64,000 bases of DNA, from contig JAQVLT010000004.1 in the NCBI GenBank assembly GCA_028704015.1, forward strand, positions 6,052 through 70,051. Direction: 5' to 3'. Source of the stretch: Patescibacteria group bacterium. GTDB taxonomy: Bacteria; Patescibacteriota; Patescibacteriia; Patescibacteriales; JAQVLT01. The notes beneath the pieces are model-generated. The model ran no database searches. It worked only from the letters and a program-made list of their open reading frames with translations, and was not told the DNA's origin. Positions 19,623 to 29,569 of the stretch are shown in pieces. The position numbers and the translations under genes are program-made. How positions within the stretch are numbered: the first letter of the stretch is position 1; every line of letters starts with the position of its first letter.

Positions 19623-22268
19623 TTATTTCGTCCTCATTACCACTTCATTCTTTATCCCCAGATCAATCACGATTTTATCGCCAGCCTTGACTTTTCCTTC
19701 AATAATTTCCAGGGCCAACTCGTCCAAAATCATATTTTGGATTATCCGTTTGAGCGGCCGGGCGCCAAAGGTGACGTCATAGCCTTTTTCTGCCAACATT
19801 TTTTTCACCTTTGCGCTGATATTTATATTTATTTCTTTATTTTTAAGCCGCTTCCGCACTTTATCCAATTCCAAGTCAACAATTTTAGTTAATGCTTCCT
19901 CGTTTAAATTTCTGAAAATTACAATCTCGTCAATTCTATTTAAAAATTCCAACTTGAAATGTTCTTTAAGAATTTTATCAATCTTTTCTTTCATTTCTTC
20001 TTTACGCATTTCCGCGGCATGTTTGGCATCGCTCCCGTCAGAGAAACCGATTGAATATTGTTTGATGACTTCATTACCAAGATTTGAAGTCATGATAATT
20101 ATTGTATTCTTGAAATTCGCCACTCGGCCCTTGGAATCAGTTAATCGGCCATCATCAAGAATTTGAAGCAGCATATTAAATACTTCCGGATGCGCTTTTT
20201 CTATTTCATCAAAAAGCACAACGCTATACGGACGGCGGCGAATCTTTTCCGTTAATTGCCCGCCTTCCTCATGGCCGATATAGCCGGGAGGGGAGCCGAT
20301 CATCCGCGCCACGCTGTGCTTCTCCATAAATTCGCTCATATCCAGCCGTATAAGCGCGTTTTCGTCATTAAACATAAATTCGGCCAAGGCCTTGGCTAAC
20401 TCTGTCTTACCGACGCCTGTGGGTCCAACGAAGAGAAACGAGCCAATTGGCCGCTTTTCCTCGCTAATTCCAGCTCTGGAACGCCTGATTGCGTTTGACA
20501 CTGCTTTAATCGCTTCTTTTTGGCCAACCACGCGTTTATTCAGTTCTTCCTCGGCTTTGCTTAATTTTTTTATTTCGCCTTCCAACATTTTGGAAACCGG
20601 CACACCTGTCCAGCGGGAAACAACTTTGGCAATATCTTCTTCGTCAACTTCTTCTTTCAAAATGCGCTGGCCTTTTTGCTGAATTTTTATCAATTCCGCT
20701 TCCAGTTTTTTAATTTCTTTTTCCAAACTCGGAATTTGTGAATATCTGATTTCCGCAACGCGCGTTAAATCATCACCCTTACGTTCGGTAATTTCCGCTT
20801 CAATCTTCAGTTCATCAATTTTCTTTTTGCTTTCACGGATTTTGGAAATAATATTTTTTTCATTGCTCCAATGAAGTTCCAGTTGATCAGCTTTTTCTTT
20901 AAGCTGTTCTAGCTCTTTGTTTATTTCTTTTAATTTTATTTCGTCTTTTTTCTCTTTTGACTTGGGCGAAACAATACCGGCCTTAGCGATTTCCAGGCGT
21001 TTAATTTCTCGCTTTAAATTATCTAATTCTTCAGGCATAGAATCAATATCCATGCGCAAAGCAGAAGTCGCTTCGTCAATTAGGTCAACGGCTTTATCCG
21101 GTAAAAATCTGTCGGTAATATAACGGCTGGATAATTTTACCGCGGAAATTATCGCATCATCGGTAATCCGAACGCCATGATGCACTTCATATTTTTCTTT
21201 GATGCCGCGAAGAATGGCAATCGCGTCTTCCTGGCTTGGCTCTGACACATAAATCGGCTGGAAGCGTCTTTCCAGTGCCTGATCGCGTTCAATATATTTT
21301 TGATATTCTTTTGTCGTGGTCGCGCCAATCGTGCGTAAATCGCCGCGCGCCAGAGCTGGTTTTAACATATTAGAAGCGTCCATCGCGCCTTCGGCTGCGC
21401 CAGCGCCGACAAGCGTATGAAGTTCATCAATAAATAAAATAACTTTGCCTTGTTGTGATTTAATTTCTTTGAGTACTGCTTTCAAGCGATCTTCAAATTC
21501 GCCTCTGAATTTCGCGCCAGCAATCATAGTGCCAAGATCAAGGCTTACAATCTCTTTGTTTTTTAAATTTTCCGGCACATCACCGGCAATAATTCTTTGC
21601 GCCAAACCTTCAACAATTGCAGTTTTTCCAGTGCCGGCTTCGCCTATTAAAACCGGATTATTCTTCGTGCGGCGAAGTAGCACCTGCATAATTCTTCTAA
21701 TTTCTTCATCACGGCCAATCACCGGATCTAATTTTTTCTGCCGCGCCATTTCCGTTAAATTAACTGTATATTTTTCTAGAATTTTATATTTTGTTTCCGG
21801 CTCCGGATCGGTAATAGTTTGCGAACCGCGCAATTCTGATAAAATTTTTAAAACTTTTTCGTATTCCACGCCAAGACTTAATAAAATTTCCTGGGCTTTT
21901 GATTTGATTCCGATTAAAGACAAAAAAATATGCTCAGTAGAAATGAATTCATCGCCCATTTTGTCCGCTTCTTTCTTGGAACGCTCCAAAATCATGGCAA
22001 CTTCAGCTGTGCCCTGAACCGCACCAATATTTGCTCCTTGAGCTATGCTTTCCTTGGGTAAATTTTCAATATCGGATAAAATTTTACTCTCTACAAAATC
22101 CGTATCAATGGATAGTTTTTCCAAAATTGGCAAAACTAAACTTTCTTTTTGTTGGAGTAGGGAAGCAAGCACGTGCAATGCCTCAATGTGCTGCTGGCCG
22201 TTGTCCTGCGCGATGATTTGCGCGTTAATAATCGCTTCTTGAGATTTATTGGTAAATTTATTGAACAT
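19623..22268 (-). CDS. clpB: ATP-dependent chaperone ClpB
   Basis: Two AAA+ modules ([15 protein letters not shown] and [16 protein letters not shown] Walker A), a long coiled-coil middle domain and an N-terminal Clp_N domain; 881 aa. Confidence 0.9.
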   Translation of the reverse strand: MFNKFTNKSQEAIINAQIIAQDNGQQHIEALHVLASLLQQKESLVLPILEKLSIDTDFVESKILSDIENLPKESIAQGANIGAVQGTAEVAMILERSKKEADKMGDEFISTEHIFLSLIGIKSKAQEILLSLGVEYEKVLKILSELRGSQTITDPEPETKYKILEKYTVNLTEMARQKKLDPVIGRDEEIRRIMQVLLRRTKNNPVLIGEAGTGKTAIVEGLAQRIIAGDVPENLKNKEIVSLDLGTMIAGAKFRGEFEDRLKAVLKEIKSQQGKVILFIDELHTLVGAGAAEGAMDASNMLKPALARGDLRTIGATTTKEYQKYIERDQALERRFQPIYVSEPSQEDAIAILRGIKEKYEVHHGVRITDDAIISAVKLSSRYITDRFLPDKAVDLIDEATSALRMDIDSMPEELDNLKREIKRLEIAKAGIVSPKSKEKKDEIKLKEINKELEQLKEKADQLELHWSNEKNIISKIRESKKKIDELKIEAEITERKGDDLTRVAEIRYSQIPSLEKEIKKLEAELIKIQQKGQRILKEEVDEEDIAKVVSRWTGVPVSKMLEGEIKKLSKAEEELNKRVVGQKEAIKAVSNAIRRSRAGISEEKRPIGSFLFVGPTGVGKTELAKALAEFMFNDENALIRLDMSEFMEKHSVARMIGSPPGYIGHEEGGQLTEKIRRRPYSVVLFDEIEKAHPEVFNMLLQILDDGRLTDSKGRVANFKNTIIIMTSNLGNEVIKQYSIGFSDGSDAKHAAEMRKEEMKEKIDKILKEHFKLEFLNRIDEIVIFRNLNEEALTKIVDLELDKVRKRLKNKEININISAKVKKMLAEKGYDVTFGARPLKRIIQNMILDELALEIIEGKVKAGDKIVIDLGIKNEVVMRTK

Positions 22269-22311
22269 AAAATTAGTAAATAGTAATTAGTAAAAAGTTA
22301 ATTTTAATTTA

Positions 22312-22338
22312 TTAGCACTCATAAGATGCGAGTGCTAA
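22312..22338. promoter_or_regulatory. CIRCE operator (HrcA binding site) TTAGCACTC-N9-GAGTGCTAA upstream of clpB
   Basis: Exact match to the CIRCE consensus inverted repeat with a 9-nt spacer, about 45 nt upstream of the clpB start on the minus strand. Confidence 0.75.
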
Positions 22339-22465
22339 TTTAAATATAAAATATACTAAAATTAATGTCAAGCGACAAATATTGACTAACAATTAATAAT
22401 ATAATATTGTTTTATTATTAACTAATTCTGCTCATTTTTCACATCAAGGGGGAGGGAAATTAAAA

Positions 22466-22912
22466 ATGAAAGCGAAAATAATTCAAGATTGGGCCTTGTT
22501 TGTTTCAGCTATTAGCCTTGCGCTTTTTCTTGACCATCGCTGCTATACGATGTTAAGCGGAGACAGCTATCCATGGTCGTCGTGGTGGCAAGTTTTTCCA
22601 CGCGAGCTTGCAAAATCCGCGACCATATCCGTGGTCTGTGCTTGCTTCCTGACCGTCCTAATCACCAAATTATTACTCAAGCTAGATTTTTTCTCTCAAA
22701 TTGAGAACAGAATAAAGCTTGAGCAAGAGAGACAAACTGTTTTTCTGGTTATGGCAGTAGGAGTGGCGACATTCTACTGCATATACGCAATAATTATGAA
22801 TAGTCTTGGCTCAACAGCCAATGCTATTCATAATATGGTATTGCAATCTTTTGTTTATATTGCTTGTCTTGTTTTATGTCTTTTTTTTACATTTATGATA
22901 AATAGAACGTAA
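22466..22912 (+). CDS. Hypothetical membrane protein (148 aa)
   Basis: SD GGGGGAGGG 8 nt upstream; 3-4 hydrophobic segments; somewhat elevated GC. Confidence 0.5.
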   Translation: MKAKIIQDWALFVSAISLALFLDHRCYTMLSGDSYPWSSWWQVFPRELAKSATISVVCACFLTVLITKLLLKLDFFSQIENRIKLEQERQTVFLVMAVGVATFYCIYAIIMNSLGSTANAIHNMVLQSFVYIACLVLCLFFTFMINRT

Positions 22913-22973
22913 ACTTCTCTTAGAAGTCATCTATGAATCCCTGTACTTCGTGTGCGGGGATATTTTTTATTAT

Positions 22974-23981
22974 TTACAAATTTTTATCGCATTTCGCGCA
23001 ATGCCCATGATTGTCAAATCTCTCAATATTATAATCGAAACGCCGGATCGCTAGCTCACCGCAGGCAGGGCAATAGGTATTTTCTTTTTCATCGCCCGGC
23101 ATATTGCCGGCATAAATATATTTAAGTCCAACATTTTTGCCGATTTCATAAGCGCGATAAATTGCTTCATTCGGTGTTGGCGATAAATCTTTCAATTTCC
23201 AGGAAATTTCCGGAGAAAATTTGCTAATATGCCAAGGCGTTTCTGCACCTAATTCTTTTACGATAAACTCAGCTAAACCTTTTAACATTTTCGTATCATC
23301 GGATAGAGTCGGAATAATTAAAGAGGTAATTTCCGTGTGAATTTGTTCGGCTTTTAATTTTTTTAAATTTTTTAAAACCGGCTTAACTTTTGCTCCGCAA
23401 TATTTCTGGTAGAATTTATCATCAATTGATTTTAAATCAATATTCACGGCATCAAGATAGGGGATTATTGCTTCCAAGCATTCGTCCGACATAAAACCAT
23501 TTGATACCCAAATATTTTTTAATTTATTTTTCTTAGCCAATTTCATAATATCCAGCGCATACTCGGCAAAAATTGTCGGCTCATTATAGGTATACGAAAT
23601 TGACTGGCAATTATTTTCTAAAGCTGTCTCAACAATTTCTTTTGGCGTAAAATACTTTTGACCCGCCTCTTCGGCGGGCAAGCTTTTTAACTTTTTTTGG
23701 CTAATATCCCAATTCAAACAATTGGCGCAGCGAAAATTACAACCAAAAGTTCCTAGGGAATATGTATAACTTCCTGGTAAAAAATGAAAAAGCGGTTTTT
23801 TCTCAATCGGGTCAATATTTATAGCCACCGGATAGCCATAAACTAAAGACTCTAAAATTCCGTTCTCATTTTTTCTAACTCCGCAAATTCCTACATTTCC
23901 ATCTTGAATTTTACAGAAATGATGGCAGAGGTTACATTGAACAGTTTTATTATTTAATTTTGTATAAAATTTTGCTTCCAT
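22974..23981 (-). CDS. AmmeMemoRadiSam-system radical SAM enzyme (PFL-activating-enzyme-like)
   Basis: N-terminal CxxCxxxC-like Zn/Cys cluster (CNLCHHFC), radical SAM GCNFRCANC cluster and overall length and pattern typical of AmrS. Confidence 0.7.
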   Translation of the reverse strand: MEAKFYTKLNNKTVQCNLCHHFCKIQDGNVGICGVRKNENGILESLVYGYPVAINIDPIEKKPLFHFLPGSYTYSLGTFGCNFRCANCLNWDISQKKLKSLPAEEAGQKYFTPKEIVETALENNCQSISYTYNEPTIFAEYALDIMKLAKKNKLKNIWVSNGFMSDECLEAIIPYLDAVNIDLKSIDDKFYQKYCGAKVKPVLKNLKKLKAEQIHTEITSLIIPTLSDDTKMLKGLAEFIVKELGAETPWHISKFSPEISWKLKDLSPTPNEAIYRAYEIGKNVGLKYIYAGNMPGDEKENTYCPACGELAIRRFDYNIERFDNHGHCAKCDKNL

Positions 23982-24015
23982 ATTTATATTTTACCAAATT
24001 TAGACAAAAATAAAA

Positions 24016-24037
24016 GCTCCGCCTTTGATAACGGAGC
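24016..24037 (-). terminator. Terminator hairpin GCTCCG-N10-CGGAGC followed (minus strand) by TTTTATTTTT
   Basis: Immediately downstream of the small minus-strand gene 24063-24257. Confidence 0.5.
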
Positions 24038-24062
24038 TAAAATGTTCGGAAGACCGAGCGCC

Positions 24063-24257
24063 TTATTTTTCGGCAAATACCTCTTCAAGAGCGTGTAATC
24101 TAGCTCTCACTTCGGTCTTCACCTTGTCATCCTCGATAAAACCGAGGAAAAAGCAGAAAGGTTTTTTGTTTTTGACCGACTCGAACAAAATAAGGCAAGT
24201 AAGTTCGAGCAAATCCCAACCTACACTGTTCTTTTCCTCGTCTTCTATTTTTTTCAT
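24063..24257 (-). CDS. Small hypothetical protein (64 aa), GC-richer than surroundings
   Basis: AAGGGGGGGG SD directly upstream of the ATG and its own terminator; acidic protein with two Cys. No family recognised. Confidence 0.4.
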   Translation of the reverse strand: MKKIEDEEKNSVGWDLLELTCLILFESVKNKKPFCFFLGFIEDDKVKTEVRARLHALEEVFAEK

Positions 24258-24375
24258 GCCCCCCCCTTGAATTTGAAATAATCGTTGTATTCATAACCCG
24301 CCCCACGCGAACATGAATTAGATTAATCTATCATAAAATATTGCTAAAATCAAGTAGTTTGGGTATTATTTAATT

Positions 24376-24930
24376 ATGGAGACTAAACGTCTATTTTTAG
24401 CATTAAATTTATCAAGCAAGGAAAAAGATATAATTTTCAGCACAATCGAAGTTTTGGCGGCGCAAAGCAACGGCATAAAATGGGTGGGGCCGGAAAATCT
24501 GCATATCACTTTGCGATTTTTGGGCGATATTGATACCGAATTAGAAGAAGAAATAAAATTGGAATTAGAAAAATTGGAAAATAACTTTGGCGAATTGAAA
24601 TTTCAGGCGAGAGATTTGAGTGCTTTTCCGAATTCAGACGAACCGCGCGTTATTTATCTTGACAGTTTTCAGACTAATGGCCAAACGGCTAGCAATTTGT
24701 ATTATAAAGTAAAAGAAATGGCGGAAAACTTCGGTATCAGAACCGACAATCGCCCGTGGACGCCGCACATTACTTTGGGACGAGTAAAAAACGATCGCGC
24801 CTATGCAAACTTAAAACAAAATTTCAGCGCTCTACCTTTTGATTTTTCCGTAACCAGTTTTGAATTAATGGAATCAGAACTAACTTTTAATGGCAGCGTT
24901 TATAGAATAGTGAGGAGTTATAAATTATAA
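24376..24930 (+). CDS. thpR: RNA 2',3'-cyclic phosphodiesterase ThpR / LigT (2H phosphoesterase)
   Basis: Two H-x-T-x motifs (HITLRF and HITLGR) at the expected spacing; 184 aa. A TTGCTA-17-TATTAT promoter precedes it. Confidence 0.75.
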   Translation: METKRLFLALNLSSKEKDIIFSTIEVLAAQSNGIKWVGPENLHITLRFLGDIDTELEEEIKLELEKLENNFGELKFQARDLSAFPNSDEPRVIYLDSFQTNGQTASNLYYKVKEMAENFGIRTDNRPWTPHITLGRVKNDRAYANLKQNFSALPFDFSVTSFELMESELTFNGSVYRIVRSYKL

Positions 24931-25038
24931 TGACCCACAAACCAACAAATCTTTTCACAAATTTACAAATATTAAATAAAACATTCTACCTAAAATTTGT
25001 AGATTTGTTTACGAATTTGTTGATTTGCGGGTAATGGT

Positions 25039-26283
25039 ATGAATATTTTCGGCATTAAAATTTCCAATATTAAAAAAGACGAGGTCTTAAAAAAGATTGG
25101 CGATTTTTTAGTTGACGGAAAACAGCATTATTTAGTTACGCCCAATCCGGAAATACTCCTTCAGGCCGGCGAGGACGAAGAACTTTTTTATATTTTGAAT
25201 CACGCCGATCTCGCGATTCCCGATGGCATCGGGCTGAAATTCGCCGGTTGGTTTCTGGGAGAAAATCTCAAACGGATTACCGGCGCTGATTTGGTTTTAA
25301 AAATTTTGAAAAGTGCCGGAGAAAAAAATCTGAAAGTCGGGATTGTGAATTGGAACAAGGGATTGTCAAATAAAAAAGATATTTCAAATTCATTGAAACA
25401 AAAATATCCGAAATTAAATTTTGCGGTTGAAGATGTTAATCGCGAAGAAGCTAAGCTTCCTATAGGAAGCTTAGCTTCTGATTTTTTGAATTTCAATCCC
25501 GACATTCTCTTCGCCGCGCTTGGCGCGCCATATCAGGAAAAATTTATTTTTCATAATTTAAAAAAATTGCCTTCGGTTAAACTGGCGATTGGCGTGGGCG
25601 GCAGTTTTGATTACATTACTGAAAAAGCGCGTCGAGCGCCGAAAATCATGCGAAATTTAGGCCTAGAATGGCTCTGGCGACTTTGCGGCATCTTTTCCGG
25701 ACAAAAGGATTATAATCGCAAAAAAAGGATACTTAAAGCGATTTTTGCCTTTCCTTGGAAATTTATAAAATGGCGAATTATTTTGCCTTTTTTATATCGT
25801 AATAATGTCGCTTGCCTGATGTACAAAAGGGAAGGGAATAAGTATAAAATTTTTTTGGTAAAAAGACAGAACGCGAAAGATGAACATTGGCAGCTACCAC
25901 AGGGAGGAATTGATAAAAGCGAAAATTTATTTACCGCCGGCAAGAGAGAATTACGCGAAGAAGCCGGCACGGATAAATTCAAAGCGGTGATGGCCGAAAA
26001 AAATCTTCATAAATATACATTTGATAAAAAAATAAGCAAAGAGGAAAAACAAATGCACACGGGCTACAAAGGCCAAAAGCAAAGTTTGTTTATCGCCGAA
26101 TTTTTGGGAAAAGATGAGGATATTAAAATTAATTTTTGGGATCATCTTGGTTGGAAGTGGGTTGACGCGGAGAAATTGGTTCGCGAAGTGTATTTTTTAC
26201 GCCAACCCGCCGCGAAGATTTATTTGGAGAAGTTTAATACTGTCATTGCGAGCCCCGAAACTTCGGGGCGAAGCAATCTATAA
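25039..26283 (+). CDS. WecG/TagA/CpsF-family glycosyltransferase (GT26) fused to a C-terminal NUDIX hydrolase domain
   Basis: N-terminal VTPNPE and PDGIGL motifs and an LEWLWRL C-terminal helix of the TagA family. Then a perfect NUDIX box GGIDKSENLFTAGKRELREEAG. One continuous reading frame. Confidence 0.7.
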   Translation: MNIFGIKISNIKKDEVLKKIGDFLVDGKQHYLVTPNPEILLQAGEDEELFYILNHADLAIPDGIGLKFAGWFLGENLKRITGADLVLKILKSAGEKNLKVGIVNWNKGLSNKKDISNSLKQKYPKLNFAVEDVNREEAKLPIGSLASDFLNFNPDILFAALGAPYQEKFIFHNLKKLPSVKLAIGVGGSFDYITEKARRAPKIMRNLGLEWLWRLCGIFSGQKDYNRKKRILKAIFAFPWKFIKWRIILPFLYRNNVACLMYKREGNKYKIFLVKRQNAKDEHWQLPQGGIDKSENLFTAGKRELREEAGTDKFKAVMAEKNLHKYTFDKKISKEEKQMHTGYKGQKQSLFIAEFLGKDEDIKINFWDHLGWKWVDAEKLVREVYFLRQPAAKIYLEKFNTVIASPETSGRSNL

Positions 26284-26480
26284 TATTTGGCGATTTGAAC
26301 GAACAGCAAGCCATTAAAGATCGCCACGGCCTACGCCTGCCGGCAGACAGGCGCAGCCGAAGAATCTCGGAAAGCAAAATAAGCAGGTTTTATTTTATAG
26401 AAGGCGCTCAACGGTTTCACTGAGATCCCTGCCTGCCGGCAGGCAGACTTCGTTCCGAAGCTTCGGAACTCAGGATGACA
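26253..26480. repeat. Composite GC-rich palindromic repeat region (MITE-like; ends TGTCATTGCGAG ... GGATGACAAAAA)
   Basis: Contains the palindromes CATTGCGAGCCCCGAAACTTCGGGGCGAAGCAATC, CGCCTGCCGGCAGACAGGCG, CTGCCTGCCGGCAGGCAG and GTTCCGAAGCTTCGGAAC. The 5' part overlaps the last about 10 codons of the GT26-NUDIX ORF. Confidence 0.4.
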
Positions 26481-26490
26481 AAAATAAATT

Positions 26491-27498
26491 ATGTCCAACA
26501 AAATTACTAAAAAATATTTTAAATATTCAAGCGATAATAAAAATCTTGAAAAAAATATTAATCAAGTACTCTTAGAAACTAATTTTAAAATTGAAAAAGA
26601 AATTTTCCGCGGCGTTATTTACGATCAAAACAAAGTTGGCAGTATTATTTATAAGGGTAAATGGAAAAATAAAACCGCGATTCTGAAAATTCAATTTTTA
26701 AAAATTGAAATAGACGAAGTAGAAATTATTAAAAAATTTAATGGACTGAAAAAATTCAGAAATATCAGAGCGCCGCGATTATTTGATTATAAAAAATGGA
26801 ACGCAAAAAGCGGATATGGTTATTTGATTACGGAATATATTGACGCCCCGCAAATTTACAATGCGCCATTGGCGACTGATAAACAAATCAAAACTTTTGT
26901 AAATTTTTATAAAAATTATAAAGAAAAAATTTCCGATAAGCCATTTTTACGTATCGCGCCGGATAAAAATATCTATAATCTCACCGAGCGGCGCGTTAAC
27001 CATTGGCTAAAAATCGCCCAAGCCAAAAAGACGCTTGATAATCAAGACAAAATTTATTCGGATAAATTCTTAGCGCTCGCCAAAAAATATTCACCCAAGA
27101 TTAAAATGCAATTTATGCATGGTCATCTGATGAGCCGCGATATTTACCAAATTAACAATGAAAAATTTGTCTTAATGTCCAATTTATTTTGGTCATATCG
27201 ACCGGAGTATTACGACGCGGCATTTAATCTTTGGGCAGGAATCAAAAGCATTAGAGATTTAAAAATTAAATCGCAACAAGTGATTGAATACACGCAAAAA
27301 TGGTGTAATGAGTACAAAAAACTTGATTTCATCAAAAAGGACTATGATTTTGAGAAAAAATTCAATATAATGATATTGGAGAGATGTATTGGCGCTTTGC
27401 TTGTTGATATTGACAATCAGGATTACGAAAATAAGCCAGCATTACACAAAAAACATTTAAAAACAATTTTTAGAAAATTATTTGATTATTATTTTTAG
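26491..27498 (+). CDS. Hypothetical protein, possibly kinase-like
   Basis: 335 aa; FMHGHLMSRDIY is weakly reminiscent of the phosphotransferase HGD box. Low-confidence function. Confidence 0.5.
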   Translation: MSNKITKKYFKYSSDNKNLEKNINQVLLETNFKIEKEIFRGVIYDQNKVGSIIYKGKWKNKTAILKIQFLKIEIDEVEIIKKFNGLKKFRNIRAPRLFDYKKWNAKSGYGYLITEYIDAPQIYNAPLATDKQIKTFVNFYKNYKEKISDKPFLRIAPDKNIYNLTERRVNHWLKIAQAKKTLDNQDKIYSDKFLALAKKYSPKIKMQFMHGHLMSRDIYQINNEKFVLMSNLFWSYRPEYYDAAFNLWAGIKSIRDLKIKSQQVIEYTQKWCNEYKKLDFIKKDYDFEKKFNIMILERCIGALLVDIDNQDYENKPALHKKHLKTIFRKLFDYYF

Positions 27499-27547
27499 GG
27501 AAACTTAGTTTCGGGTACCCGAAACTAAGTTTCAACAAATACAGAAT

Positions 27548-29017
27548 ATGAAAAATATTCGTTTACGTTTTGCTCCCAGCCCTACCGGCTTTTTGCATAT
27601 CGGCAGTTTGCGGACTGTCTTGTTTACTTACGCGATTGTAAAAAAAATGGAGGGAAAATTTATTCTGCGCATTGAAGACACGGATCAAAAAAGAGAAGTT
27701 GAAGGCGCGACTGAGGAATTAATTAAATCTTTGGAAAAATTTAATATTAATTTTGATGAAGGTCCGCACGTTGGCGGTGATTTTGGTCCCTACATCCAAA
27801 CACAGAGATTGGAAATTTATAATAAACATTTAAAAGATTTATTGGCCAAGGGCGAAGCGTATCATTGTTTCTGCACGCCGGAAAGATTGGGAAAAATGCG
27901 CGCCGACCAAGCCGCCAACAAACAAGCGCCCAGATATGATCGCGCCTGCCGCGATCTGAGTCCGGAAATTGTGGAAGCAAAAATCAAAACCGGAGAAAAA
28001 TTTGTTATTAGGCAAAAAATGCCATTGGATGGCGTTGTTAAAGTGTTTGATGAAATCCGCGGTGAAATAATTTACAAAGCCCAAGATTTAGACGACCATG
28101 TTTTAATTAAATCAGACGGCGTCCCTACTTATCAATTCGCGTCCGTCGTTGATGATCATGAGATGGAAATATCACACGTCACTCGGGCCGAAGAATGGAT
28201 TCCGTCATTACCAAAAAATATTTTACTCTACCAATCTTTTGGTTGGGAGCCGCCAAAATTTATTCACTATCCCGCGGTCTTGAGCAAGAACGGCGGAAAA
28301 TTAAGCAAGCGCGACGGCGACGTGGCGGTTGAAGATTATTTGAACAAAGGATATTTAGTGGAAGCGATAATAAATTTCTGCATTCTTCTCGGCTGGCATC
28401 CGAAAGATGACAACGAAATTTTATCCATGAGCGAAATAATTGAAAAATTTGACTACAAAGACATTCGTCCGAGCGGTTCAATTTTTGATGTTGAAAAACT
28501 TGATTATTTTAATGGCTATTACATTAGACAAAAGTCGTTGGATGAGCTCGCAGAATTGTGCAAGCCATATTTGGAGGAAAATTTAGCGAAGACATCAGAC
28601 AAAAAACAACAGACAAAAGAATATTTAAAAAATGTCGTGCGGTTGGAGCAGGAAAGATTAAAAAAATTATCCGAAATAGGGGAGCGAACGGAATATTTTT
28701 TCACAGACAAACTGGAATACGACGCCAAGCTTTTGGTTTGGAAAAAATCAACTCCTGAACAGACAAAAGAAAATTTTGATCAAGTTTATAAAGTACTGGA
28801 AAAAATTCCAGATGATAGCTGGACAAACAACAGCATCGGCGATGCTCTGATGAGCCACATTCAAGCAGTCGGCGGCAAAAACGGCGATTATCTCTGGCCG
28901 ATGCGCGCGGCGCTGACTGGACGTGAAGCCAGTCCCGGACCTTTTGATGTTGCTGAAGTATTAGGCAAAGAAAAAAGTTTGGAAAGAATCAAAGAGGGGT
29001 TGGAGAGGTTAAGTTAG
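27548..29017 (+). CDS. gltX: Glutamyl-tRNA synthetase
   Basis: PSPTGFLHIGS (HIGH) and KLSKRDG (KMSKS) motifs; 489 aa. Confidence 0.9.
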   Translation: MKNIRLRFAPSPTGFLHIGSLRTVLFTYAIVKKMEGKFILRIEDTDQKREVEGATEELIKSLEKFNINFDEGPHVGGDFGPYIQTQRLEIYNKHLKDLLAKGEAYHCFCTPERLGKMRADQAANKQAPRYDRACRDLSPEIVEAKIKTGEKFVIRQKMPLDGVVKVFDEIRGEIIYKAQDLDDHVLIKSDGVPTYQFASVVDDHEMEISHVTRAEEWIPSLPKNILLYQSFGWEPPKFIHYPAVLSKNGGKLSKRDGDVAVEDYLNKGYLVEAIINFCILLGWHPKDDNEILSMSEIIEKFDYKDIRPSGSIFDVEKLDYFNGYYIRQKSLDELAELCKPYLEENLAKTSDKKQQTKEYLKNVVRLEQERLKKLSEIGERTEYFFTDKLEYDAKLLVWKKSTPEQTKENFDQVYKVLEKIPDDSWTNNSIGDALMSHIQAVGGKNGDYLWPMRAALTGREASPGPFDVAEVLGKEKSLERIKEGLERLS

Positions 29018-29067
29018 TTTTGAATTTTGAAATAGATATTTTGGATCGGCAAAAAATTTAAAAACAT

Positions 29068-29502
29068 ATGGAAAAAAAATCTAAATTGGTTGTTTTAGGG
29101 CTTGTTGAAAATCAAAACCACGAATATTTGTTAAGCCAACGTTATGATCCTGACGTCCCTGAAGCACATTTAAAGTGGGATTTACCTGGTGGAACAAATG
29201 AATTTGGAGAAAGTTTGGAGGAAACGTTAGAACGAGAGATGTTAGAAGAAACGGGTCTAAAAATTGCAATAATTAAAATGTTTCCAAAAAGTATTTCTCA
29301 CCTCTGGAATCATAAAGATTTTAAGCAACATGCTATTGTTGTTTGTTATTATTGTAAGATGCTAGATGTGACTCTCCACTTAAACGATCACAAGATTCAA
29401 GATCTGAAATGGGTTCAATTTTCAGAACTTGATATGTATGATTTTCTTCCGACAACCAAATGTTTTATTGAAATACTGGTTAAAAATAATTTTTTACCTT
29501 AG
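29068..29502 (+). CDS. NUDIX hydrolase
   Basis: NUDIX box GTNEFGESLEETLEREMLEETG. Confidence 0.7.
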   Translation: MEKKSKLVVLGLVENQNHEYLLSQRYDPDVPEAHLKWDLPGGTNEFGESLEETLEREMLEETGLKIAIIKMFPKSISHLWNHKDFKQHAIVVCYYCKMLDVTLHLNDHKIQDLKWVQFSELDMYDFLPTTKCFIEILVKNNFLP

Positions 29503-29569
29503 CAACCTCAATATGAAAAAAAAATATTTTTTCCGGATTACTGCTTGTTCTTGGTTTAATTAATTAAAT

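Noticed and set aside
19954-22242. Several 60-190-aa ORFs on the plus strand inside clpB (19954-20166, 20392-20682, 20917-21123, 21445-22017, 22031-22242)
   Set aside because: They are entirely antisense to a highly conserved, motif-rich clpB reading frame and are low-complexity Ser/Ile-rich translations. They are mirror-frame artefacts.
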